A stretch of DNA of 64,000 nt from Patescibacteria group bacterium. Lineage in GTDB: Bacteria > Patescibacteriota > Microgenomatia > UBA1400 > PJMF01. How positions within the stretch are numbered: position 1 is the stretch's first letter; each line of letters starts with the position of its first letter. Made by a program: the position numbers and the translations under genes. The DNA is taken from assembly GCA_041747555.1 (NCBI GenBank), contig JBGTEY010000008.1, positions 3,557 to 67,556 of the forward strand. Reading direction: 5' to 3'. Shown piece after piece: positions 30,414 to 39,281 of the stretch. The notes beneath the pieces were generated by a model. That model did not search any database and was not told where the DNA came from. It was given only the letters and a program-made list of their open reading frames with translations.

Positions 30414-31696
30414 TCGTCAGTTTCTCCAATAAGAAAACCCTGGACGTCTTTGCGACCGAGCTCAATTTTATATTTGGTTCTATTTAGGCGTTTGGTGACG
30501 ACCATCGCAGTTTTAATCGTCTTTCCCTTAAGTACGAATGTCACCTCAACCACAGGTACTTTGCCTTCAATTGCCTCTTGCTGTCGCCATAAGAGGTCCT
30601 CTAGGTCAAGTAATCCAAGGCTTTCGGCAAATTGTGCACTAATCGCAGATCGGAATCTGCCGGTGTTAACGAGTGCCTCAGTCGTATGCTTAGCATTGTC
30701 ATCGCCAAGTACTTTAACGATTGGCTGCGTTGAAATAATTTGTATCCCCTCCTCAACTTTAATTTTATCGGCAAAACTTTCTGCAAACAGCGCTCGTGCA
30801 ATTTTCACTCCATGCTTGGCATCCCTCACCTCGAGTCCTTCAACTCGCTCTAGGCGTCGTTTTAAGCCGGCTTTGTTTGCTAGTTGGATAGAGAGTCCAG
30901 GATACCCATTGAGCTCGACAATCATTGGTCCTTTTTCTGGATGAATGAATAAATCTGCACCCATGTACTTGTACCCAGCAGCGTCGGCAGCTCTGACTGC
31001 AACCTCAAGAAGTCGTTGCCATTCGGGTATTAAGATGCCGTTTACTTTTTTCTTAATATGAGGAAAATGAGTGATATATCCAGATTTTCCATGAATGCCA
31101 TGCGTGGTAGCTCCGCTTGCCATGTCGATGCCAAGACCGATTGCGCCTTGATCGAGATTTGCTTTTCCACCCGATTCTTCGGTTGGAATTCTTGCCATAG
31201 CCATGACAGGCACAGAATTAAAAACAATCACACGGATGTCTGGTGTGCCTTTATAGGTATACTTGGCAAGTGTGGGATGCACGGGAATCATCTCTTCTAC
31301 CAAGCAGCGATGATTTCTGCCCCAAGTACTATATTCGCCATCGAGCACGTTTTGTACGTGTAGATCTAGATCTTCTTTGGTTATGGCTTCATCAAAGTTA
31401 TTGCGCCAGACAGACTCTTGCGCGATTTTTTTAGTTATTATCCAGATTCCCTTTCCTGCGAGTCCGTTAACCGGCTTGATCACAAATGGCACTGGAATTG
31501 ATTCCCAATGAATTGTTTCAAGCTCTTTTCTTGAGGAAAAAATGTGATACAGCGATGCGGTCGGATTTCCTGCACTTAGCATCAGCTCTTTAGTTTTGAG
31601 TTTTGAAAAGCCGTAGGACTTGGCTTTGGTGGTGTTCATTCTCGTGTAATGATGCCGAGCATTCATTCCGAGAATGTGAGATGGTTTGACTGCCAT
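30410..31696 (-). CDS. ATPgrasp_ST (alpha-L-glutamate ligase-like) protein fused to a RimB-like retropepsin-fold domain
   Basis: ILGMNAR, FVIKP..G..GKGI, G.PDIRVIV, AMARIPT..S.GKANL.QGAIG.GID, ELNGYPGLSIQLAN; C-terminal ALVNTG...LGRK...GFLI. Confidence 0.85.
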   Translation of the reverse strand: MAVKPSHILGMNARHHYTRMNTTKAKSYGFSKLKTKELMLSAGNPTASLYHIFSSRKELETIHWESIPVPFVIKPVNGLAGKGIWIITKKIAQESVWRNNFDEAITKEDLDLHVQNVLDGEYSTWGRNHRCLVEEMIPVHPTLAKYTYKGTPDIRVIVFNSVPVMAMARIPTEESGGKANLDQGAIGLGIDMASGATTHGIHGKSGYITHFPHIKKKVNGILIPEWQRLLEVAVRAADAAGYKYMGADLFIHPEKGPMIVELNGYPGLSIQLANKAGLKRRLERVEGLEVRDAKHGVKIARALFAESFADKIKVEEGIQIISTQPIVKVLGDDNAKHTTEALVNTGRFRSAISAQFAESLGLLDLEDLLWRQQEAIEGKVPVVEVTFVLKGKTIKTAMVVTKRLNRTKYKIELGRKDVQGFLIGETDE

Positions 31697-31705
31697 GGTG
31701 AGCCT

Positions 31706-32665
31706 TTATTCTTCTTCTTCGATCAATGATTTGAATCGCAGCCGCTCACTAACTCGAAGGCCGACAAACTTGCCAATTACAATATTGAGCAAACCTACGC
31801 TGACAATTAGTAGCTCGGGCTCGGTGAGAGCGAGTTGTTGGAGCGCTTCCCACTTGAGAATATATCCGGCAACTACCGCGAGCGCTATCGTTTCTATTGT
31901 AAGACTTAAAGCCTCGGTTTGCTTAGAACGTGCTTGAGCATCGATGAAGTTCTCTGCCAAGAGCACGAGAATTAAGATTGGAAAAATGTTGACGCTCATA
32001 AGCGTTACTAAATTGATTACTGGAGCAAGTAAAATTATTCCGAAAATACCGATAGAAACAGTCCAGAGTAAAAGCGCAGTTCTAGGAAGATATGGCAAAC
32101 GCGTTGGCTTGAGAATTTTTTTAGCAAAAAGAGCTGTGGCAGCAATTGCTAGAAATATGATAATTCCCTCAAGTACCCCCGTGGAAACGAGCGCCACTGA
32201 CAGCACAGCAGGAATATAAATACCGAATCCTCTCAGCCCTAAAACATGTCTTGAAGCCGCGATCAAAGAAGCAACTAGTGGAAAAAGCAGGACCAACACA
32301 ATAATATTGGGCTGAACACCTTCTGAAACTGCATATCGGATACTATGCTGGACAAAATTAAACCAATTTAATTCACTCGGGGGGTTGTCGTCAAGAAATG
32401 CCGCTAATCGGCTTTTTTTAACGCCGCTTGATTCGGTAATATCTTGATCTTTTTTCTCTTGAATTCGTTGCTCAACTTCTGCTGATGGTGATGCGAGTCT
32501 AGTCGAGTCTGTGGCAACACCTTCATCGGTGGCAACTTGATCTGAATCATCGAGTTGAGTGTCTATTTGTACCGTTTCAAGTGAGTTCTGTGCCAACACT
32601 ACAGATGGCGACAGCCCAGAGACCAACACCAATGAAAGAATAATAGTAAGTACCAATGACTTCAT
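31706..32665 (-). CDS. 7TM-domain protein (7TM_transglut type, without the transglutaminase domain)
   Basis: LLFPLVASLIA..R.VLGLRGFGIY.P, FPILIL...AE.F, GK.VGLR.SE..RF; signal peptide; start at MKSLV 7 nt after TATAAT. Confidence 0.82.
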   Translation of the reverse strand: MKSLVLTIILSLVLVSGLSPSVVLAQNSLETVQIDTQLDDSDQVATDEGVATDSTRLASPSAEVEQRIQEKKDQDITESSGVKKSRLAAFLDDNPPSELNWFNFVQHSIRYAVSEGVQPNIIVLVLLFPLVASLIAASRHVLGLRGFGIYIPAVLSVALVSTGVLEGIIIFLAIAATALFAKKILKPTRLPYLPRTALLLWTVSIGIFGIILLAPVINLVTLMSVNIFPILILVLLAENFIDAQARSKQTEALSLTIETIALAVVAGYILKWEALQQLALTEPELLIVSVGLLNIVIGKFVGLRVSERLRFKSLIEEEE

Positions 32666-32702
32666 TCTGTCTATTATACAGGATTGGCTTGCTGTCACCT
32701 AG

Positions 32703-33056
32703 TTACAGTAGTTTTTTGAGTAACGAATCTGACATTTGGATGCCGGCAGACAGGACCACCAGGGTCCAGAAATAGGACAGATCTATACCTAGGATTGTCA
32801 TCGGTAAAATGCTGAAACCTGGTACCACATACGTAAGAAGCCAGAGTAATCCCGCATTAATAACAAGTGAGAATAGTCCCAAGGTTACTATATTTATGGG
32901 AATAAAAAGAACGTTAAGTACCGGTCGCACCAGATGAAATAACAGCGCCAGCAGTATTGCCGAAACGATCAGGGTAAAAACACTCGAAATAGTCACTGGC
33001 GGAAGTGCCCAAGCGAAAAAACCAAGAATAATGAGCGCTCTGAGTATGGCTTTCAT
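32703..33056 (-). CDS. 4-TM membrane protein, phage holin 4_2 / YvlD family
   Basis: VRPVL..L..P.N.VTLGLFSLVINA motif. Confidence 0.85.
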   Translation of the reverse strand: MKAILRALIILGFFAWALPPVTISSVFTLIVSAILLALLFHLVRPVLNVLFIPINIVTLGLFSLVINAGLLWLLTYVVPGFSILPMTILGIDLSYFWTLVVLSAGIQMSDSLLKKLL

Positions 33057-33065
33057 AGTGTGAAA

Positions 33066-34475
33066 CTACTGTAGCATGCGCCGAAGGCGCATACGAGTAT
33101 GTTGTCGTTTGGCAAACCGGTGTGACTCGTCTCTTACTTGTTGGATGAGCTTTAGTGCAGGATGGTCTGGTGCCAGAGCTGGAATTGAGTAGGTAAGGCC
33201 TTTTGGAATCGTGCCATTGATGATGTGTGAGATATCTATATTTGGTATGATAAGCCGATCTGGATTTTTGGCAATTCCGATAACGGGGCATGGCCACCTC
33301 CAGACAGAAAGTGCAGCACGCACCTGCCCTTTTCCTCCATCCACTACCACTAAGTTAGGAGTCTCCCACTCTGGGTGATTTTGACGTCTAAGCAGTGCTT
33401 CTTTCATCATCTGATAATCATTTGGGGTATCAAGTGAGCGAATATTGTAGAGCCGGTACTCGTCAGTATCCGGAACTCCATCAATAAAAGTGACTTGTGA
33501 AACTGCGGGGTTCGTGCCTTGAGTATTACTGACGTCATAGCCTTCAATTCGCGTCACAGGATAGGATTTGGGAACCGAGAAGTATGAGCTAATGATTTTT
33601 TGTAAATACTTTACCTGATCTTCATTTTTTTGCCTTGTTAGCATTGGCGTGATGAGCGTTGGATGGAGCTTTCTGGTCTGGAGGGTGAGATCTTTAATCA
33701 TAGAAATTTGATCTCGAAGTGTGGCCGCTCGCTCAAATCGTTCAGTTGTTATCGCATCTGTCATTTGTTCTCCTAGGCTTGCGACCACTTCCTTTTTCTT
33801 GCCGCGCAGAAACGCAACCAATTGAGTAATTTGCGCTTGGTACTCTTCTTGAGAAATTTTACCAACACACACGCCAGGACACTGATCAATGTGATAGAAA
33901 AAACAAGGTCGATTATTTTTTTCGCTAAATCCTTTGTTGCACCAAGTGAAGATTGGTCTAACTAACCTTAGGACTTCACGCACTTTATACCCACTCGGAA
34001 ATGGTCCGAGGAGTGTGCCTTTTTGTTGACTTTTTTGCCATGTTTTTTTTCTGATTTTAAGAACTTTGGGAAAAGTTTCATTTGTGATGAGTATATAGAG
34101 CGGGCTTTTATCGTCTTTAAGCGCAACATTAAATCTTGGTTGATAGGTGCGGATCAGCTCTGCTTCAACGAGCAGGGCTTGCAACTCACTGTCTAGTTCT
34201 TTCCACTGAATCTTGGTCGCTATCGTGACGAGCTGAAGAATTCTATGATTGAGTTGTTTTGTCTGGGTGTATGATTTTATCCGATTCTTGAGGTTCTTTG
34301 CTTTTCCGACGTAGAGCACGGAGTCGTTGCTGTCTGAAAACCAGTACACTCCCGGTTGTGAGGAGAGCGATGACACCGCCGATTCCCAAGCCAATAAAGA
34401 CTTTTTTTTGGGAGATAGGGTCGATGAAGTCTGGTCTTGTTTTAACGATGAATTCTTGGCTGTGGATTTCTGCAT
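33066..34475 (-). CDS. uvrC: Excinuclease ABC subunit C, lacking the C-terminal HhH domain
   Basis: PGVY..YVGKAKNLKNR GIY-YIG, FERAA.LRD UVR motif, IEGYDVSN, VDGGKGQ, RDESHRFA. Confidence 0.93.
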   Translation of the reverse strand: MQKSTAKNSSLKQDQTSSTLSPKKKSLLAWESAVSSLSSQPGVYWFSDSNDSVLYVGKAKNLKNRIKSYTQTKQLNHRILQLVTIATKIQWKELDSELQALLVEAELIRTYQPRFNVALKDDKSPLYILITNETFPKVLKIRKKTWQKSQQKGTLLGPFPSGYKVREVLRLVRPIFTWCNKGFSEKNNRPCFFYHIDQCPGVCVGKISQEEYQAQITQLVAFLRGKKKEVVASLGEQMTDAITTERFERAATLRDQISMIKDLTLQTRKLHPTLITPMLTRQKNEDQVKYLQKIISSYFSVPKSYPVTRIEGYDVSNTQGTNPAVSQVTFIDGVPDTDEYRLYNIRSLDTPNDYQMMKEALLRRQNHPEWETPNLVVVDGGKGQVRAALSVWRWPCPVIGIAKNPDRLIIPNIDISHIINGTIPKGLTYSIPALAPDHPALKLIQQVRDESHRFAKRQHTRMRLRRMLQ

Positions 34476-36186
34476 GTGCGTTTCTGTCAGTGAGTGTTAT
34501 CAGCGCAGGCTTGTCTGTGAATATGTCCCAGCTCTCTGCGGTGATGGGCACAGTAATTGTTCTAGTTTGGTACGGTAAAATGTAATCAAGATCAGCTCCA
34601 GTTGAGGGAATAGTCTCATCACTCGAGGTAACTTGGATACCGATATCATACCATGCCTGACCACTGTGGTTGGTAATTACTGCCTGATATTGGCCAGGAA
34701 TGGGCAGTCCAACTATTTTTTGTGGTAGGAGATCTAGATCAAACTTGGCTTGCTTGGTGGGAAAACTGCTAGAAAATGTAACCTCTACATCTTTTGTCTC
34801 TTCACTCAGTGTTTTATAAGCGCCTGCTGGATGAGGCGCAGTGCTTGATTGGCCATTGATGATAAATACAATGTGATTGAGATCAAATTGAGAAAAATAA
34901 TTGATTCCTCCGGTGGTGTGTCCCCAAGTTGGATCAACCGGAATCCATCGCTGTCTGCTTTCATCATAATATTCTGGCCAAGAATGAAGTATATCTCCCT
35001 CGAAACTTACCGGTCTGAAAGTATCATTTTGGGTGTACGCGTACCCCACCGCGCGTCTGGCAGGTATGCCTGCCGCTCTCGATAAGGTCACAAACACATC
35101 TGTAAATTCCTGGCAAACTGCATCCTCTGGTTGGGCAAGTGCAGTTAGGGCACCCAACCTTGTTGAGCCCACCTCAATATTTGAGTGGGCGTACGTGAGT
35201 GTTGCTGTTGTGAAATCATAAATTGATTTCGGGTCGGTATAGGTTGTGGCTAATTCTTTGATGGTCGGGTGATTGGTTTCCCAATATTCCTGACTATTAG
35301 TTAATCTGGAGGAAGGAGGAACATGCGGCACATCATTGAGCGGATCAAGCGTTATGTGAGCATCTGCTGCCAACTGCACGATAGTGGTTGAGTGCGGTGG
35401 AATGGTGTATGTTGCGATCCAGTTTCCATCTGGGTCAACTTTAAGCTCATTTGAGTATGGGTCAAGTGAATGATAGTGCATTTTTTGGTATGCAGTATCT
35501 GGAGGGAGCGCGATCTGTGCGATAGCAGGTGTGCCACCTGAGTTTTCTAGATGGTAGCGAAGTGTCATGTTAAAAATTTGACTCGCGCCAAACAAAGCAG
35601 ACACCGATTCGCCCTGCAAATCATCAAAAATAGTGGTAATTGTCTCCCCTTGCGAGACTTCATCAGTGGGAGTGGGTGTCACTCGCACAGGGCCGCCAAA
35701 TTGCTTGGGGGTGATGATTCTCGTCGAGTGTTTTTTAATAGTGCGCTGGTCTGCGAGCTTTGGGATGTGGACCTCAAGTACGATGCCACCGATAGTTGCG
35801 AGGTCATGATTCACGTATTCAACGGTAAATTTTCTTGATTTTCCTTGCCCAACGAGTTCATCAGGGAAGGTGATTCCAATGCTGGTTCCCGTATCACTGC
35901 TGACTACATTTGCCTCAATTGGCTGGCCATTATACGTAACGATTACATTTTGCAGCGTAGGATAGCTCGATTTCATTCCGTACTGCTTGAGGAACAGTGT
36001 GGGTGATTTATTTGTGATGGTAAACTCGTGACTGACACGCGTAATTCCAAGTTTATCAACTTCATAGTTTGAATTAAGGATAGTCTCAAAGTGATCAGTT
36101 TCTTGTTCTTGTGCAAAAATTGGTCGTTGCTGCACCAAAAGTACTGCAAAGAAAATCGTAAGTAAAAAGGCAAAAAGGCGACGCAT
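34243..36186 (-). CDS. Secreted, C-terminally anchored transglutaminase-like protein
   Basis: Signal peptide; triad motifs AVCQEF...RAAGIPAR, LHSWPEYY, VDPTW; C-terminal TM followed by basic residues. Confidence 0.88.
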   Translation of the reverse strand: MRRLFAFLLTIFFAVLLVQQRPIFAQEQETDHFETILNSNYEVDKLGITRVSHEFTITNKSPTLFLKQYGMKSSYPTLQNVIVTYNGQPIEANVVSSDTGTSIGITFPDELVGQGKSRKFTVEYVNHDLATIGGIVLEVHIPKLADQRTIKKHSTRIITPKQFGGPVRVTPTPTDEVSQGETITTIFDDLQGESVSALFGASQIFNMTLRYHLENSGGTPAIAQIALPPDTAYQKMHYHSLDPYSNELKVDPDGNWIATYTIPPHSTTIVQLAADAHITLDPLNDVPHVPPSSRLTNSQEYWETNHPTIKELATTYTDPKSIYDFTTATLTYAHSNIEVGSTRLGALTALAQPEDAVCQEFTDVFVTLSRAAGIPARRAVGYAYTQNDTFRPVSFEGDILHSWPEYYDESRQRWIPVDPTWGHTTGGINYFSQFDLNHIVFIINGQSSTAPHPAGAYKTLSEETKDVEVTFSSSFPTKQAKFDLDLLPQKIVGLPIPGQYQAVITNHSGQAWYDIGIQVTSSDETIPSTGADLDYILPYQTRTITVPITAESWDIFTDKPALITLTDRNAHAEIHSQEFIVKTRPDFIDPISQKKVFIGLGIGGVIALLTTGSVLVFRQQRLRALRRKSKEPQESDKIIHPDKTTQS

Positions 36187-36207
36187 ACAACCCATTGTAC
36201 ATGGGAT

Positions 36208-39195
36208 TTAGGCTGAAAGTTTTAGCTCTTCGAGCAAGTATTTGCCGGTATCTGAATCGGCGTGATTCGCAACGGTAGTTGGTGTGCCTACTGCAACAAT
36301 TTGCCCACCGTTTGCTCCGCCTTCTGGGCCGAGGTCAATAATCCAGTCTGCATTTTTGATGACATCTAGATTATGCTCAATGACAATGACCGTGTTGTTT
36401 TGTTTTACCAGTTGATCGAGCACATTCAGTAACTTGCGGACGTCTTCAAAGTGGAGGCCGGTTGTTGGCTCATCCAATAAGTACACGACGTGCTCTGCTG
36501 TTCTCGTCGAAAGTTCGCGAGCTAGTTTAACGCGTTGTGCCTCTCCTCCACTGAGTGTAGGCGCGGGTTGCCCGAGTTCTAGATACCCCAGACCAACATC
36601 AATTAATGTCTCTAATTTTTTTCTAATCGTGCTGTGACGGCTGAAAAATTCAAACGCATCATCGATCGTCATTTTGAGGACATCGGATATATTCTTTTCT
36701 TTATATAACACCTCGAGTGTTTCTTGATTGTACCGCTTGCCCTCGCAGACATCGCAGGTAACGTATACGTCAGGTAAAAACTGCATTTCAATCTTGAGCT
36801 GCCCATCTCCTTGGCACGATTCGCAGCGACCGCCTTTGACATTAAAGCTAAATCTGCCTGGTGTGTAGCCCCTAATCTGAGCATCCTTGGTATTGGCAAA
36901 TACTTTTCTGACGTAATCGAAAACCTTTGTGTAGGTAGCTGGGTTTGAGCGTGGTGTTTTGCCGATTGGACTCTGGTCTATGAGACTGACGCGTCGGACT
37001 TCGTCGGGAACCATGATGCGTTCGATTGGTCCAATGACGTCATCGACTTTTTTGCCGAGGTGTTTAGTGAGGTGTTGGAAAAGTGTGTCATGCAAGAGCG
37101 TTGATTTTCCTGATCCAGAAATTCCCGTAATAGCCGTTAATTTTTGAAGTGGGAACTTGACGTCAACATGTTGCAAATTATGGTGGTGTGCCCCAAAAAT
37201 CTGGATTGAGCCTGGACTACGTGCATCGTCGTCACTGATCTGAGATCGTTCTTTGGATGTTGCCATGCCATCGCGAACCACGTCCTTTTTTCGTGAAAGA
37301 TATTTTCCAGTGAGCGATTTTTTTGATTTGATAATGTCTTCAAGACTGCCGGCGACCACAATTTCTCCTCCATGCTTCCCTGCTCTTGGTCCAAAATCAA
37401 TGATGTAATCTGCGGCCTCGATGACATCTCGATCGTGTTCAACAACAACCACAGTATTACCTTTTTGTTGCAGATCTCTGAGCGTCTGGATAAGCCGTTG
37501 GTTATCTCGTTGGTGAAGACCAATTGTTGGTTCATCTAAGATGTACAAAACACCTGTTAAGCCCGTGCCAATTTGTGAGGCAAGACGAATTCTTTGTGCT
37601 TCTCCACCCGCCAATGTGGATGCTTCACGATTAAGTGTCAGATATGCCAACCCAACTGAAATTAAAAATTGTAAACGAGAAATTATTTCTTTGAGAATTG
37701 CTTCGGCGATTGTTGCTTCTTTTGGGCTCAACGCGTTTTGATCTTTAATATCTGTGATCCATTGCAGCGCTGCATGAATAGGTCGAGCAGTTACTTGAGC
37801 GATGTTTTCTCCCTTAATATGCACGCTCAAAGCTTCTTCATTCAGCCGCTGGCCATCGCATGACGGACAGACTTGTTTTTGCATGAATTGTTCAATTTCT
37901 TTTCTGATGTAATCTGAGTCTGTTTCTAGATATCTTCGTTCTAGATTATTGACAAATCCTTCAAAGGTTTCGTGAATGACTGTAGTTTTTCCAAATCTAT
38001 TTTCTCCCTCGACTTGGTAGACGGTTTTACTTCCCCAGAGTAAGGTTTTTTGGAGCTCTTCTGACATTTCCGCATACGGAGTTTTGCGAAAATCGACTCC
38101 ATTTTCCTCTACAACTTTCATTACCAATCGAGACCACCAAGTGTCATTCCCCATCATTCGTGCGAAAGGGATGATTGCACCCTCACTGAGCGATAGCTCT
38201 GGAGCGATGATTTTCTGGGTGTCAATTTTAAGGAGGGTGCCGATGCCGTTGCATGCCTCGCAGGCACCTTGTGGTGAGTTAAATGAGAATAATCTTGGCT
38301 CAAGCTCTGGCATGGAGATGCCGCAATCGCTGCAGGCGCGTTTTTCGCTGTAGAGTTTATCAGTGTAGTTTTTTGGATTGTCGGGGAAGTTGAGGGAGTC
38401 GTCCTCTATAAATGACGCAATTGCGAGACCATCAGCAAGTTGCAGTGCAGTCTCAACCGATTGGGCGAGTCGACTTCTGAGTTGTTTGGCGAGCGTTTTG
38501 TCTCTTCGTTCTTGTTTGGAAACGACAATTCGGTCGACAACAGCACTAATGGTGTGTTTATTTGTCTTGAGCAAACTAATGTCTTCATCAAGATCGAAGG
38601 TTTCTGTGTCAATTCTCGCGCGCTGATAGCCTTTTTTCTGCAAATTTTCAAGGAGGCCCAAAAATTCACCTTTTTTATCCCGAACCACAGGTGACAGCAT
38701 CATTAGTCTCACTGGCGCGCTTGTGACACGAGCGTCAATTTCTTCAATAATTTGGTCAACAATTTGGTCAACTGACTGCGTGGCAACTTCTTTTCCGCAG
38801 TTTGGACAGTGTGGGTGACCCACCCTAGCGTATAGCAAGCGGAGATAGTCATAAATTTCGGTAATGGTGCCCACAGTTGAGCGTGGATTGTGGGAAGTAG
38901 TTTTTTGATCGATTGAAATTGCTGGAGAGAGGCCTTCGATGTGGTCCACATCTGGTTTTTGCATGATCCCGAGGAATTGTCTTGCGTAGGAGCTGAGACT
39001 TTCGACATATCTTCTCTGCCCTTCTGCATACAAGGTATCAAAGGCAAGTGAGCTTTTGCCACTACCAGAGAGACCGGTGAATACGATCAATTGATTCTTG
39101 GGAAATGATAGCGAGACATTTTTTAAATTATGTTCTCTGGCACCACGAATGGTAATCGTGTCGATTGGTGTGGTTGTATTGGATGGTGTACTCAT
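36208..39195 (-). CDS. uvrA: Excinuclease ABC subunit A
   Basis: GAREHNLK, GLSGSGKSSLAFDT, two ABC modules, zinc fingers. Confidence 0.98.
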   Translation of the reverse strand: MSTPSNTTTPIDTITIRGAREHNLKNVSLSFPKNQLIVFTGLSGSGKSSLAFDTLYAEGQRRYVESLSSYARQFLGIMQKPDVDHIEGLSPAISIDQKTTSHNPRSTVGTITEIYDYLRLLYARVGHPHCPNCGKEVATQSVDQIVDQIIEEIDARVTSAPVRLMMLSPVVRDKKGEFLGLLENLQKKGYQRARIDTETFDLDEDISLLKTNKHTISAVVDRIVVSKQERRDKTLAKQLRSRLAQSVETALQLADGLAIASFIEDDSLNFPDNPKNYTDKLYSEKRACSDCGISMPELEPRLFSFNSPQGACEACNGIGTLLKIDTQKIIAPELSLSEGAIIPFARMMGNDTWWSRLVMKVVEENGVDFRKTPYAEMSEELQKTLLWGSKTVYQVEGENRFGKTTVIHETFEGFVNNLERRYLETDSDYIRKEIEQFMQKQVCPSCDGQRLNEEALSVHIKGENIAQVTARPIHAALQWITDIKDQNALSPKEATIAEAILKEIISRLQFLISVGLAYLTLNREASTLAGGEAQRIRLASQIGTGLTGVLYILDEPTIGLHQRDNQRLIQTLRDLQQKGNTVVVVEHDRDVIEAADYIIDFGPRAGKHGGEIVVAGSLEDIIKSKKSLTGKYLSRKKDVVRDGMATSKERSQISDDDARSPGSIQIFGAHHHNLQHVDVKFPLQKLTAITGISGSGKSTLLHDTLFQHLTKHLGKKVDDVIGPIERIMVPDEVRRVSLIDQSPIGKTPRSNPATYTKVFDYVRKVFANTKDAQIRGYTPGRFSFNVKGGRCESCQGDGQLKIEMQFLPDVYVTCDVCEGKRYNQETLEVLYKEKNISDVLKMTIDDAFEFFSRHSTIRKKLETLIDVGLGYLELGQPAPTLSGGEAQRVKLARELSTRTAEHVVYLLDEPTTGLHFEDVRKLLNVLDQLVKQNNTVIVIEHNLDVIKNADWIIDLGPEGGANGGQIVAVGTPTTVANHADSDTGKYLLEELKLSA

Positions 39196-39281
39196 AATGG
39201 CAACCGTCTATTATAGCGAAAAAAACCCGTTCATACAGGGGTACAAAGTATTTCACACTACTTATGAAGAGATCATTGAAA

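Noticed and set aside
30330-30944. 204-aa antisense ORF over the ATP-grasp/DUF1704 junction, and the many other antisense ORFs over long genes
   Set aside because: Shadow frames of well-supported genes, with no motifs or initiation signals.
32703-33056. Holin-family gene as a sign of a prophage
   Set aside because: YvlD/holin 4_2 proteins are common chromosomal membrane proteins; no phage structural, integrase or lysin genes are nearby.
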